A stretch of 64,000 bases of DNA from positions 20,891 to 84,890 of the forward strand of contig JAFTWX010000045.1 of assembly GCA_017465095.1 (NCBI GenBank), written 5' to 3'. The notes under the pieces are model-generated. The model worked only from the letters and a program-made list of their open reading frames with translations. It did not search any database and had not been told where the DNA came from. Shown piece by piece: positions 44,712 to 56,475 of the stretch. The stretch's first letter is position 1; the number at the start of each line of letters is the position of its first letter. Made by a program: the position numbers and the translations under genes. This stretch comes from Lachnospiraceae bacterium (lineage in GTDB: Bacteria; Bacillota; Clostridia; Lachnospirales; Lachnospiraceae).

Positions 44712-47234
44712 TTACTCTGTATCTCCTTCCGAAGTTGCTTCTGAGTCAATAACTTCCTCATCGGAAAGTTCCTGGGTTCCGTCAGAAACTTTTTCTCTTA
44801 CTTTTGCAATCTTTGCAACTTTTACATTTTCAGCAAGATTAATCAGTTTCACGCCGGATGTAATACGTCCCAGTGTTGAAACATCTTCCATACGAATCTG
44901 GATAATAATTCCCTCATTGGTGATCATCATGATTTCATGATCATCATTAACGCCTTTGACACCGACTACATATCCTGTCTTATCGGTAATCTTGTAGCAT
45001 TTCACACCTTTACCGCCACGTTTCTGAACGGTAAATTCATCCAGATACGTACGTTTACCCATACCTTTTTCGGAGGCAATGAGTAAGCTGTCACCCTGGT
45101 GATCCAGCTGCATTCCGATAATTTCATCCGTATCGGAAAGATTCATACCGATGACACCCATGGATGCACGTCCGGTACGTCTGACATCTGTCTCTTTGAA
45201 CCTTATACACATACCGTTCTTTGTCACAAGGAAAATTTCGGTATCCTTATCGGTAAGTTTTACTTCAATCAGCTCATCGTCATCGCGCAAGTTAATGGCA
45301 ATAAGTCCGTTTTTACGGATGTTGTTGTATTCATGGATGGATGTTTTCTTAACAATACCGTTCTTGGTTACCATGAACAGGTTCTTTTCACTCAAATCAT
45401 GGTCATCCGGAATCGGAATGACAGCACTGATTTTTTCTCCCGGATTGAGCTGAAGGAGATTGATAATCGCTGTTCCTCTCGCAGTTCTTCCCGCCTCCGG
45501 AATTTCATATGCTTTCAAACGGTACACACGACCCATATTTGTAAAGAACATAATATGGTAATGGGTTAACATCATAAGAAGATCTTCGATATAATCATCT
45601 TCAATCGTCTGCATTCCCTTAATACCTTTTCCGCCGCGGTTTTGTGCGTGGAAATTATCTACTGTCATACGTTTGATATAACCGAGGGAAGTCATAGCGA
45701 TTACCGTATTGTCTCTCGGAATCATGTCTTCCATAGAAATATCAAATTCATCAAATCCGATTTTCGATCTTCTGTCATCGCCGTATTTATCCGCAATCTG
45801 CTTCATTTCTGTACGGATTACACCGAGAAGAAGCTTTCTGTCTGCAAGAATTGCCTTTAAATCTGCGATTCTCTTAACAAGTTCTGCATGTTCTGCCTCC
45901 AGCTTTTCTCTTTCCAGACCGGTAAGAGCACGGAGTCTCATATCGACAATCGCCTGCGCCTGCGCTTCCGATAAAGCAAATCTTTCAATTAAGCTTTGTT
46001 TTGCTTCCTGTGTATTTGCACTTCCTCTGATAATTTTGATAACTTCATCAATATTATCAAGCGCAATGAGTAATCCCTGTAAAATATGATCTCTTTCTTC
46101 TGCTTTTTTCAGATCATATTTGGTTCTTCTTGTCACGACATCTTCCTGGTGTGCAAGATAATGCTTGAGCATATCAAGAAGATTGAGAACCTTCGGCTCA
46201 TTATTTACGAGCGCCAGCATATTCACGCCGAATGTATCCTGAAGCTGTGTATGTTTATAAAGCTGATTTAAGATAATATTAGCATTAACATCCTTACGAA
46301 GTTCGATAACTACACGGGTTCCTTCACGGTTTGACTCATCGCGAAGGTCTGTAATACCGTCAATCTTTTTGGTTTTTACAAGATCGGCAATCTTTATAAT
46401 AAGATTTGCTTTATTTACCATATAAGGAAGTTCGGAAACAATGATACGGCTCTTTCCGTTTGGCATTGTCTCGATATCGGTCACTGCGCGGACTCTGATT
46501 TTACCTTTACCGGTGCGATAAGCTTCCTCCACACCTCTGGTACCGAGAATCACGGCTCCGGTAGGAAAATCCGGCGCTTTTACAATATCCATGACTTCTT
46601 CAATATCGGTTTCTCTGTCATCAATAACCTGATTATCGATAATTTTTACAACCGCATCCACCACTTCTCTTAAATTGTGTGGCGGAATATTGGTAGCCAT
46701 ACCTACGGCGATACCGGTTGTACCGTTTACCAAAAGGTTTGGATAACGGCTTGGAAGTACTGTCGGCTCTTTTTCTGTCTCGTCAAAGTTCGGAACAAAA
46801 TCTACCGTATCTTTATTGATGTCTGCAAGAAGTTCCATAGAAATTTTTGAAAGTCTTGCTTCTGTATAACGCATAGCAGCTGCACCGTCACCGTCCACAG
46901 AACCGAAGTTTCCGTGTCCGTCGACAAGCGGATAGCGGGTAGACCATTCTTGTGCCATGTTGACAAGTGCTCCGTAGATGGAACTGTCACCGTGCGGATG
47001 GTATTTACCCATCGTATCACCGACGATACGTGCACTTTTACGATGTGGCTTGTCCGGTCCGTTATTAAGTTCAATCATAGAATAAAGAACTCGGCGCTGA
47101 ACCGGTTTTAAACCGTCTCTCACATCCGGAAGTGCTCTCGATGCAATTACACTCATGGCATAATCGATATACGATGTCTCCATTGTCTTTTTCAAATCGA
47201 CATTTTTGACTTTATCAAATATATATTCGTCCAT
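44712..47234 (-). CDS. gyrA: DNA gyrase subunit A
   Basis: 840 aa. [31 protein letters not shown] and the AAMRYTE active-site Tyr region are present. The acidic C-terminal tail is unusual but in frame. Confidence 0.97.
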   Translation of the reverse strand: MDEYIFDKVKNVDLKKTMETSYIDYAMSVIASRALPDVRDGLKPVQRRVLYSMIELNNGPDKPHRKSARIVGDTMGKYHPHGDSSIYGALVNMAQEWSTRYPLVDGHGNFGSVDGDGAAAMRYTEARLSKISMELLADINKDTVDFVPNFDETEKEPTVLPSRYPNLLVNGTTGIAVGMATNIPPHNLREVVDAVVKIIDNQVIDDRETDIEEVMDIVKAPDFPTGAVILGTRGVEEAYRTGKGKIRVRAVTDIETMPNGKSRIIVSELPYMVNKANLIIKIADLVKTKKIDGITDLRDESNREGTRVVIELRKDVNANIILNQLYKHTQLQDTFGVNMLALVNNEPKVLNLLDMLKHYLAHQEDVVTRRTKYDLKKAEERDHILQGLLIALDNIDEVIKIIRGSANTQEAKQSLIERFALSEAQAQAIVDMRLRALTGLEREKLEAEHAELVKRIADLKAILADRKLLLGVIRTEMKQIADKYGDDRRSKIGFDEFDISMEDMIPRDNTVIAMTSLGYIKRMTVDNFHAQNRGGKGIKGMQTIEDDYIEDLLMMLTHYHIMFFTNMGRVYRLKAYEIPEAGRTARGTAIINLLQLNPGEKISAVIPIPDDHDLSEKNLFMVTKNGIVKKTSIHEYNNIRKNGLIAINLRDDDELIEVKLTDKDTEIFLVTKNGMCIRFKETDVRRTGRASMGVIGMNLSDTDEIIGMQLDHQGDSLLIASEKGMGKRTYLDEFTVQKRGGKGVKCYKITDKTGYVVGVKGVNDDHEIMMITNEGIIIQIRMEDVSTLGRITSGVKLINLAENVKVAKIAKVREKVSDGTQELSDEEVIDSEATSEGDTE

Positions 47235-47244
47235 TGTTTACCTC

Positions 47245-49185
<1,941 letters not shown>

Positions 49186-50271
49186 CTAGTTTTCTGACTC
49201 TATGACACCGTTTGAAACTTTATATATTTTATCAATTTCAAAACGGTTATTTATAAATTCATCCAGACCGGTACAAGTAATGATGGTCTGTATATCTCCT
49301 ATGTTATTTAAGAGATAATTTTGGCGATTGCTGTCGAGTTCCGACAACACATCGTCAAGAAGCAAAACAGGATGATCTCCCGTCACTTTTTTTACAAGTT
49401 CTATCTCAGATAATTTTAAAGACAAAGCCGCAGTTCTCTGCTGACCCTGGGAACCGAATTTTCTGATATCTATTCCGTTCACCATAAAGCAAAAATCATC
49501 TCTGTGGGGACCCACGGAAGTCATTTTTAATTTGATATCTCTTTCCTGTGAATTTTTGAGTTTCTGTTCAAACTCTTCTTCCGATACATCCGGTTCATAT
49601 ATAATTTTTAATTCTTCTTTGTCACCGGAAAGATTTTTATGTATGTCATAAATAATTTCATTGAGCTGCTCTATAAATTTTTCCCGGCGATTTATAATCT
49701 GTTTTCCATAAGAAACAAGCTGCATATTCCAGACTTGTAATGTCTCATTTAAATCGGAATTGTAATAAAAGTCTTTTAACAGCTTATTTCTCTGATTTAC
49801 TATTTTATTGTACTGATTCAGATTATAAAGATAATACTTATCAATCTGACAAAGCTCCATGTCCACAAATCTTCTTCTTTCGGAAGGACCGTTTTTTATA
49901 ATAGAAAGATCCTCCGGAGAAAAAAATACAACATTGAGAAGTCCTAAAAGCTCTGCTGCTTTTTTTAAATGCTGGCCGTTAATGGCAATTCCCTTTGATT
50001 TATTTTTTCTAAGATGCATGTCCACACGATATTCCAAACCTTCTTTGTCAAGAATGGTTCTGATGTGAGCTTCATCCTGTAAAAAACGAATAATTTCTTT
50101 ATCTTTGCTTCCTTTGTGGGATTTTGTAGTGGCCGACAAATAAATAGCTTCCAGTACATTGGTTTTTCCCTGGGCATTGTCTCCGTAAAGAATATTCGTT
50201 CCTTTTTCAAAATCTAAATCAAGAGACTCATAATTTCTGAAGTTTTCAAGTTTAATCGATTTTATAATCAC
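49186..50271 (-). CDS. recF: DNA replication and repair protein RecF
   Basis: GTG start. Walker A is YGDNAQGKTNVLEA, the signature FGSQGQQRT, and Walker B VLLLDDVLSELD. Confidence 0.93.
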   Translation of the reverse strand: MIIKSIKLENFRNYESLDLDFEKGTNILYGDNAQGKTNVLEAIYLSATTKSHKGSKDKEIIRFLQDEAHIRTILDKEGLEYRVDMHLRKNKSKGIAINGQHLKKAAELLGLLNVVFFSPEDLSIIKNGPSERRRFVDMELCQIDKYYLYNLNQYNKIVNQRNKLLKDFYYNSDLNETLQVWNMQLVSYGKQIINRREKFIEQLNEIIYDIHKNLSGDKEELKIIYEPDVSEEEFEQKLKNSQERDIKLKMTSVGPHRDDFCFMVNGIDIRKFGSQGQQRTAALSLKLSEIELVKKVTGDHPVLLLDDVLSELDSNRQNYLLNNIGDIQTIITCTGLDEFINNRFEIDKIYKVSNGVIESEN

Positions 50272-50278
50272 GGTTTAC

Positions 50279-50488
50279 CTACTTTACTACTGTAAAAATT
50301 CTTCCATCTGCCTCAAAGGTATCACCTTCATATAATTTCTTTCCTCTTTGAAGTTCTACCTGGCCGTTACACTTTACATCCCCATCCATTATCATCATTT
50401 TTGCTTCAATACCGGATCCTGCAATACCGCAAAGTTTTAAAGCCTGGCCGAGTTTAATAAAATCATCTCTTATAATAAGCTTTTCCAT
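50279..50488 (-). CDS. yaaA: S4-domain RNA-binding protein YaaA
   Basis: 69 aa lying between dnaN and recF, as in Bacillus. The sequence IKLGQALKLCGIAGSGIEAKMMIMDGDVKCNGQVELQRGKKL is S4-like. Confidence 0.85.
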   Translation of the reverse strand: MEKLIIRDDFIKLGQALKLCGIAGSGIEAKMMIMDGDVKCNGQVELQRGKKLYEGDTFEADGRIFTVVK

Positions 50489-50500
50489 TTTTTTCCTTCT

Positions 50501-51610
50501 TTATCTCACTGCATTAAAATTGACAGGAAGTATCAAATAAAGATATGTTTTATCTGCATCTTTAATAAAACAAGGTGCTTTCGGATTTACCATATAAAGT
50601 TCAATTTCTTCATCATCAATTACTTTTAAAGCATCCATAAGGAATTTAGGATTAAATCCAATCATCAAATCCTTTCCTTCTTTGCGGATATCAATCACTT
50701 CATTCATACTTCCGATGGTAGAATTGATGCGAAGTTCCATACTTCCGTCTTTGATATCAATAATAATCGGTTTTTTATCCCCTTCCTTTACAAGAAGAGT
50801 AGCTCTGTCGATACAGTTTAATAATTCTTTTTTATTAATTTTAACTTTTGTCTCATAATCAGATGAAATCATCTGGTCAATTTTAAAATATTCTCCTTCA
50901 ATCAATCTGGAAACAACTACAGTCTGATCAAATTCAAAAATAATATGTTTATCCGTAAAATAAATATTTACATCTTTGTCTGCTTCACCGGTTAAAATCT
51001 TGCTGATTTCATTTAATGTTTTGCCCGGAACTACAACTTTCTTATGATCATAGAAATTTTTAAGTCCGTTATCTCTGATAGAAATTCTGTGACCGTCAAG
51101 AGACACAATCTTAAAATGGTCTTCGTTAATTTCAAACAATTCACCGGTCATCAGTTTATTTGTATCATTATCAGAAATAGAGAAAATAGTCTGTCTGATC
51201 ATTTCTTTTAAAGTAAACTGAGAAATAATAAGCGGATTTTCTCTTTCTATCACAGGAAGATAAGAAAAGTCATCTCCTGATTTACCAACAATATTAAAAT
51301 TAGCTTTTTCACATGTAATAAATACATTTAAATTTGAATCTGTTTCAATCGTTACATCATTGTCCGGAAGCTTTCTTACGATTTCAAGGAAAATCTTTGC
51401 ATCCAGAGCAATAATACCTCTCTCTACAATATCACCTTCAATAATCGTATCAATTCCAAGTTCCATATCATTTGCAGTTAATTTAATATTTCCTGCAGAT
51501 GCATCAACCAAAATACATTCAAGAATAGGCATCGTAGTTTTAGAAGGAACGGCTTTTGATACAATCTGAACTCCGTTTAAAAGATTTGATTTTTTACATA
51601 CTAATTTCAT
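50501..51610 (-). CDS. dnaN: DNA polymerase III beta sliding clamp
   Basis: 369 aa with an AAGGAG RBS. The N-terminus MKLVCKKSNLLNGVQIVSKAVPSKTTMPILECILV is typical of DnaN. Confidence 0.95.
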   Translation of the reverse strand: MKLVCKKSNLLNGVQIVSKAVPSKTTMPILECILVDASAGNIKLTANDMELGIDTIIEGDIVERGIIALDAKIFLEIVRKLPDNDVTIETDSNLNVFITCEKANFNIVGKSGDDFSYLPVIERENPLIISQFTLKEMIRQTIFSISDNDTNKLMTGELFEINEDHFKIVSLDGHRISIRDNGLKNFYDHKKVVVPGKTLNEISKILTGEADKDVNIYFTDKHIIFEFDQTVVVSRLIEGEYFKIDQMISSDYETKVKINKKELLNCIDRATLLVKEGDKKPIIIDIKDGSMELRINSTIGSMNEVIDIRKEGKDLMIGFNPKFLMDALKVIDDEEIELYMVNPKAPCFIKDADKTYLYLILPVNFNAVR

Positions 51611-51903
51611 TGTTGATAACTCCTTTTCACAAGAAATGCGTAAAATTTTTGATGCTATAAATAATTAATTAATAAAATAATCAGTAATCATAGTATTAAT
51701 AGGTGTGGAAATGTTCATAACCTATTCCATTATACTATTTTTCAAGGAAAAATGGAATGGATAACTTGCGGATATTACCAGTTTTTTTCAATGGATAACA
51801 TACGAGTTATAAACATCCCTTAAAACGTGAAAATAAGCTGATATGTTTATCAACTTATTTTCAACATAATTTCCACATAGGAAGTTTATAAAAATGTGGA
51901 TAT
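51611..51903. other. oriC part II: dnaA-dnaN intergenic region with DnaA boxes and an AT-rich candidate unwinding element
   Basis: One-mismatch boxes are TGTTGATAA at 51611-51619 and TGTGGATAT at 51895-51903. Two-mismatch boxes lie at 51704, 51756, 51790, 51807, 51847 and 51869. The AT-rich run is about 51650-51700. Confidence 0.7.
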
Positions 51904-53255
51904 TAAACAGGATTAATTTTTTTCTTGATGATATCTATCTTATTTTTAAGATCATCATTTACTTTGATTTCTTTTTTAATTTTATCTACTCCGTGCATTA
52001 CGGTGGAGTGATCTTTCTTTCCTAATAAATTACCGATGGATTTAAAAGGAATGTCTATCATTTCTCTGCACAGATACATAAATATCTGTCTCGGAAGAAC
52101 GAATTCTGAATTTCTCTTGGATGAAGTAATATCGGAAGCAGCTACTCCGAAATGTTCTGCAACAACATTCATAATAAGTTCCGGTGTTACTTCCTTTGGA
52201 GCTTCCGGATAAATAATATCTTTTAAAGCATCTTCCGCAAGTGCCATGGAAAGTTCCATATTGTTAAGTTTAGAATTTGCAATTACTTTACGAAGGGCAC
52301 CTTCCAGCTCACGGATGTTTGATTTAATATTGGTGGCTATATATTTGAGTATTTCTTCGTCAATTTCAATTCCGTAATTGTAAATGTTCTTTTTAAGAAT
52401 AGCCATTCTTGTTTCATAATCAGGAGCCTGGATATCAGCGATGAGACCCCATTCAAATCTGGAACGGAAACGTTCATCTAATATTTCCATTTCTTTTGGA
52501 GGTTTATCCGAAGATAATATAATCTGCTTTCCTGCTGTATGTAATGCATTGAATGTATGGAAAAATTCTTCCTGTGTACTTTCTTTTCCTATAATAAACT
52601 GTACGTCATCGAGAAGAAGAACATCGATGGTTCTGTATTTTTCTCTGAGATTGGTCATGGAAGCAGCATTACCGGAACGGATGGATTCAATTACTTCATT
52701 TGTAAACTGTTCGGAATTTACATATAAAACTTTCATTTCGGAGTTTTGTTCCAATATAAAATGACCGATGGAGTGCATCAAATGAGTTTTTCCGAGACCG
52801 GCTCCTCCGTATAAGAAGAGAGGATTGTAAACTTCTCCCGGTGATTCTGCAACAGCCAGGGCTGCGGAATGAGCAAATTTATTATTGCTTCCTACTACAA
52901 ATGTATCAAAATTGTACTTTGCATTTAAGTTTGCTTTAGCGCTGTTTATGTTGTAAATATAATTTTCTTCTTCTTTTTCTTTATTCGAATTAATATCCTT
53001 TTCTAATAAGAAGGAAATATTATATTCTTCGTTAAACATTTCAGAAACAGAAACCTGAAAGTAGTTTTTATACTTTGTAGAAATATAACTGACAGCGTGG
53101 GCTTTATCCGAAGGAATGATAATTTTGACTGTTTTATCTTCCACGTCGTAAAATTTTAAAGGAGCAATCCATGTATTAAATGAGATGTCGGAAAGATCAT
53201 ATTCTTTCTTGATCGTCATTTTGATTTCTTCCCAGTTTTGTCCTATTTCGTGCAT
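51903..53255 (-). CDS. dnaA: Chromosomal replication initiator DnaA
   Basis: The start was set at the ATG 8 nt after GGAGG; the track start at 53270 lacks an RBS. Walker A is LYGGAGLGKTHL, Walker B LLLDDVQF, and the C-terminal DNA-binding region is KKDHSTVMHGVDKI. Confidence 0.95.
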   Translation of the reverse strand: MHEIGQNWEEIKMTIKKEYDLSDISFNTWIAPLKFYDVEDKTVKIIIPSDKAHAVSYISTKYKNYFQVSVSEMFNEEYNISFLLEKDINSNKEKEEENYIYNINSAKANLNAKYNFDTFVVGSNNKFAHSAALAVAESPGEVYNPLFLYGGAGLGKTHLMHSIGHFILEQNSEMKVLYVNSEQFTNEVIESIRSGNAASMTNLREKYRTIDVLLLDDVQFIIGKESTQEEFFHTFNALHTAGKQIILSSDKPPKEMEILDERFRSRFEWGLIADIQAPDYETRMAILKKNIYNYGIEIDEEILKYIATNIKSNIRELEGALRKVIANSKLNNMELSMALAEDALKDIIYPEAPKEVTPELIMNVVAEHFGVAASDITSSKRNSEFVLPRQIFMYLCREMIDIPFKSIGNLLGKKDHSTVMHGVDKIKKEIKVNDDLKNKIDIIKKKINPV

Positions 53256-53270
53256 CCTGATAACCTCCAT

Positions 53271-53584
53271 AATTACATAATTTTATAATAAACGAAATAA
53301 AAAAAAATATCAAATGACCGAAAAGGTAAAAAAAATAATTTTAAAAAATTTATTTATGTAAATTTTAAAAAAAAATGTTGATAACTTTTTAAACATTGAA
53401 ACATTGATAAATATTGGTTTTTTTAATAAAAATATGAATTTATAAACAGTTATCCACAACTTTTAAACATTTTGTGCATAAATTTATGTCAATTTGGCTG
53501 ATCTATATGTTGTGGTACTACTTGTAAAGGTGAAACAAGATATAGATTCAAAAAAATTAAAAAAAATTTTGCAAATTTATTTAC
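53271..53584. other. oriC part I: dnaA upstream region with DnaA boxes and long A/T tracts
   Basis: A perfect TTATCCACA lies at 53450-53458. One-mismatch boxes are TGTTGATAA at 53376-53384 and TGTGCATAA at 53473-53481. A two-mismatch TTATAAACA at 53440-53448 abuts the perfect box. Confidence 0.75.
53450..53458 (+). promoter_or_regulatory. Consensus DnaA box
   Basis: Exact match to TTATCCACA. Confidence 0.85.
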
Positions 53585-53613
53585 TTGACGGAAAGGCTTA
53601 TTTCCTATATAAT
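53585..53613 (+). promoter_or_regulatory. Sigma-A promoter candidate for rpmH-rnpA
   Basis: TTGACG, a 17-nt spacer, then TATAAT, 45 nt upstream of the rpmH ATG. Confidence 0.7.
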
Positions 53614-53657
53614 CAGAACGATATTTTCTAACCGAGTTAAAGGAGGTGTATCTCACA

Positions 53658-53792
53658 ATGAAAATGACATTTCAGCCAAAGAAAAGACAGAGATCTAAAG
53701 TTCATGGTTTCAGAGCAAGAATGAGTTCTGCAGGCGGAAGAAAAGTTTTAGCTGCCAGAAGAGCAAAAGGAAGAAAGAGATTATCAGCTTAG
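53658..53792 (+). CDS. rpmH: 50S ribosomal protein L34 (44 aa; below the ORF-track cutoff)
   Basis: AGGAGGTG RBS. Hand translation gives [44 protein letters not shown]. Confidence 0.95.
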   Translation: MKMTFQPKKRQRSKVHGFRARMSSAGGRKVLAARRAKGRKRLSA

Positions 53793-53817
53793 GCCGCATT
53801 TATGTGGCCTATTTTTC
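53792..53817 (+). terminator. Hairpin (partial terminator/attenuator) between rpmH and rnpA
   Basis: ggccgca-ttta-tgtggcc forms 7 bp with one G-U pair, followed by tattttt. Confidence 0.5.
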
Positions 53818-53834
53818 TCTGAAAAGGAGAATTT

Positions 53835-54185
53835 ATGAAATTTTCAGAATCACTGAAAAAGAACAGAGATTTCCAATACGTTTATAGGAACGGAAAATCC
53901 TATGCCAACAAATATTTTATAATGTATGTGTTAGAAAATAATCAGGATAGAAACTACATTGGAATATCTGTAAGCAAAAAAGTGGGCAATAGTGTGGTAA
54001 GACATCATTTGTGCAGAATTGTCCGCGAAATTTACAGACTACATGAAAATGTATTTAATAGTGGTTTAAATATAGTAGTCATTGCACGCCCGAATGCAAA
54101 AGATGTTTCTTATAAGGAAGCGGAAAGTGCATTTTTACATCTTTCAAAACTCCATGGTATTATGAAATCCGTCAAGGAAGATTAA
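53835..54185 (+). CDS. rnpA: Ribonuclease P protein component
   Basis: 116 aa in the conserved position after rpmH. The sequence contains …IGISVSKKVGNSVVRHHLCRIVRE…. Confidence 0.92.
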   Translation: MKFSESLKKNRDFQYVYRNGKSYANKYFIMYVLENNQDRNYIGISVSKKVGNSVVRHHLCRIVREIYRLHENVFNSGLNIVVIARPNAKDVSYKEAESAFLHLSKLHGIMKSVKED

Positions 54186-54209
54186 TACGGAGAAAATTTA
54201 GAAATTGAT

Positions 54210-54419
54210 ATGAAGAAAATATTCATTGCAATCATTAAATTTTATAGAAAATATATATCTCCGATGAAAAGTACAAAATGTCCTTATTTTCCGTCTTGTT
54301 CCCAGTATGGTCTTGAAGCTGTGGAGAAGTACGGGGCATTAAAAGGAGGACTTCTTGCTTTTTGGAGAATATTAAGATGTAATCCTTTTTCAAAGGGTGG
54401 GTACGATCCGGTACCCTGA
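54210..54419 (+). CDS. yidD: Membrane protein insertion efficiency factor YidD
   Basis: 69 aa. The motif is [27 protein letters not shown]. Confidence 0.92.
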   Translation: MKKIFIAIIKFYRKYISPMKSTKCPYFPSCSQYGLEAVEKYGALKGGLLAFWRILRCNPFSKGGYDPVP

Positions 54420-54443
54420 TTAGTCAAATAGGAGGAATTTAAT

Positions 54444-55730
54444 TTGACAGGAATGTTATTAACTCAAAGTGATACATTCATCATAGGTCCTGTTGCAACA
54501 TTGCTTGGATATGTGATGAATGCAATTTTTATGTTGTTAGAAAAAGTAGGACTTCCGAGTATAGGTCTTGCTATTATCATTTTTACAATCGTAGTTAATC
54601 TTTGTATGTTACCTCTTACAATTAAACAGCAGAAATTTTCTAAATTATCTGCAAAAATGAATCCTGAACTTCAGGCCATTCAGAAAAAGTACAAAGACAG
54701 ACGTGACAACGATTCTATGATGAAAATGAATGAAGAAACACAGGCTGTATATAAAAAATACGGTGTTTCTCCTTCCGGAAGCTGCGTACAGTTGTTGATT
54801 CAGTTTCCTATCTTATTGGCACTTTACCAGGTTATTTACAATTTCCCAGCTTATGTAACAAGTGTAAAAAATACATTTATGGTTGTTGTAGATAAATTAA
54901 TGCCTTTGGAAGGTGCTTCGGAATTTTTACAGACATTTAAAAATGCCATGACTTATTCTTCTCAGTTTAAAAGTGAAGAATTTGTTGCCGGAAGCGAATT
55001 TATGAAAAATACATTTATTGATGTGTTAAATAAAGCTTCCACAGCAGAATGGATGTCATTAAAAACAGAATTTCCTTCCATTGCGGATTCTGTTCAGAGT
55101 ACTTATAACGCATTAAGTGAATACAATAATTTCTTAGGATTAAATATTGCAAACTCTCCTTCTTATATTGTGAGTGATGCATTTAAGGCAGGTTCTTACG
55201 GTCTCGTTATCGGTGCACTTATGATTCCGATTCTTGCAGCTTTGACTCAGTATTTAAATGTAAAGCTTATGCCTCAGCAGGAGAATAAAGGCGGATCCGG
55301 AAGTGAAACTGCAGACGCTATGATGCAGAGTATGAAGACAATGAATATGACGATGCCTATTATGTCAGCTATTTTCTGTTTTACGTTGCCGACAGGTATG
55401 GGTATTTACTGGATTGCAGGTTCTGTTGTAAGAAGTATTCAGCAGGTAATTGTAAATCGTCATATTGATAAAATAGATTTTGATGAAGTTGTCCGTAAAA
55501 ATATGGAAAAAGCAGAAGAAGACAGAAAGAAAAATAAAAATAATGTTGCTGCTTCCACTGTAAACAGTGCTGCTCATACAAGTACAAAAAATATTTCGTC
55601 CAGATCAAATATGAGTCAGATGGAAAAAGAAGAATTAATCGAAAAGGCAAGAAATGCTTCCGCAAAGAAAGGAAGTCTTGCTGCGAAAGCAAATATGGTT
55701 CGTGATTATAATGAGAGAAATACAAAATAG
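54444..55730 (+). CDS. yidC: YidC/Oxa1-family membrane protein insertase with a basic C-terminal tail
   Basis: TTG start after GGAGGA; an ATG at 54453 is the alternative. Motifs are LPLTIKQQKFS, MNPELQAIQKKYK, GCVQLLIQFPILLALY and PTGMGIYWIAGSV. Confidence 0.9.
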   Translation: MTGMLLTQSDTFIIGPVATLLGYVMNAIFMLLEKVGLPSIGLAIIIFTIVVNLCMLPLTIKQQKFSKLSAKMNPELQAIQKKYKDRRDNDSMMKMNEETQAVYKKYGVSPSGSCVQLLIQFPILLALYQVIYNFPAYVTSVKNTFMVVVDKLMPLEGASEFLQTFKNAMTYSSQFKSEEFVAGSEFMKNTFIDVLNKASTAEWMSLKTEFPSIADSVQSTYNALSEYNNFLGLNIANSPSYIVSDAFKAGSYGLVIGALMIPILAALTQYLNVKLMPQQENKGGSGSETADAMMQSMKTMNMTMPIMSAIFCFTLPTGMGIYWIAGSVVRSIQQVIVNRHIDKIDFDEVVRKNMEKAEEDRKKNKNNVAASTVNSAAHTSTKNISSRSNMSQMEKEELIEKARNASAKKGSLAAKANMVRDYNERNTK

Positions 55731-55741
55731 GAGGGAACACA

Positions 55742-56374
55742 ATGGAATTTATTAAAGTTTCTGCAAAAACTGTGGACGATGCGATTACAGAAGCATGTCA
55801 GAAATTTGAAGTGACAAGTGATAAATTAGAGTATGAAGTATTGGAAGAAGGTTCTGCCGGATTTTTAGGATTCAATGCAAAACCTGCTGTAATCAATGTC
55901 AGAGTAAAAGAAGAAGCTGCAAAAGCAGATGACAAAGCAAAAGATTTCTTAGCTGATGTTTTTAAATCTATGAATCTTGCAGTTGTAATTGATGCAAAAT
56001 ACAATGAAGTAGATAATACACTGGATATCGATCTTTCCGGTGATGATATGGGTATCTTAATCGGTAAGAGAGGACAGACTCTTGATTCTCTCCAGTACCT
56101 TACATCTCTTGTTGTAAATAAGGGAGAAAGCGATTATATCCGTGTAAAGGTTGATACAGAAAATTACAGACAGAGAAGAAAAGATACTTTGGAAAATCTG
56201 GCAAAAAATATTTCTTTCAAAGTAAAGAGAACAAAAAGATCGGTATCACTTGAGCCGATGAATCCTTATGAGAGAAGAATCATTCATTCTGCACTTCAGA
56301 ATGACAAATATGTGACAACACATAGTGAAGGAGAAGAACCTTACAGAAGAGTTGTTGTAACATTAAAGAGATAA
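55742..56374 (+). CDS. jag: RNA-binding protein Jag/KhpB (Jag_N, KH and R3H domains)
   Basis: The KH region is ILIGKRGQTLDSLQYL and the R3H region EPMNPYERRIIHSAL. Confidence 0.9.
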   Translation: MEFIKVSAKTVDDAITEACQKFEVTSDKLEYEVLEEGSAGFLGFNAKPAVINVRVKEEAAKADDKAKDFLADVFKSMNLAVVIDAKYNEVDNTLDIDLSGDDMGILIGKRGQTLDSLQYLTSLVVNKGESDYIRVKVDTENYRQRRKDTLENLAKNISFKVKRTKRSVSLEPMNPYERRIIHSALQNDKYVTTHSEGEEPYRRVVVTLKR

Positions 56375-56475
56375 TTGTTTGAAATACAATGAAATATTGA
56401 TATAATAAGACTGCAATAGGTGAAAGGTACTGCATTTCCCTCTTGCAGTCTTTTTATTTCGACAGGGAGATTTTT

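Noticed and set aside
53281-53440. Runs of A/T with recurring short motifs looked superficially like a repeat array.
   Set aside because: No repeat/spacer periodicity or conserved repeat unit is present. It is low-complexity origin DNA with DnaA boxes, not a CRISPR array.
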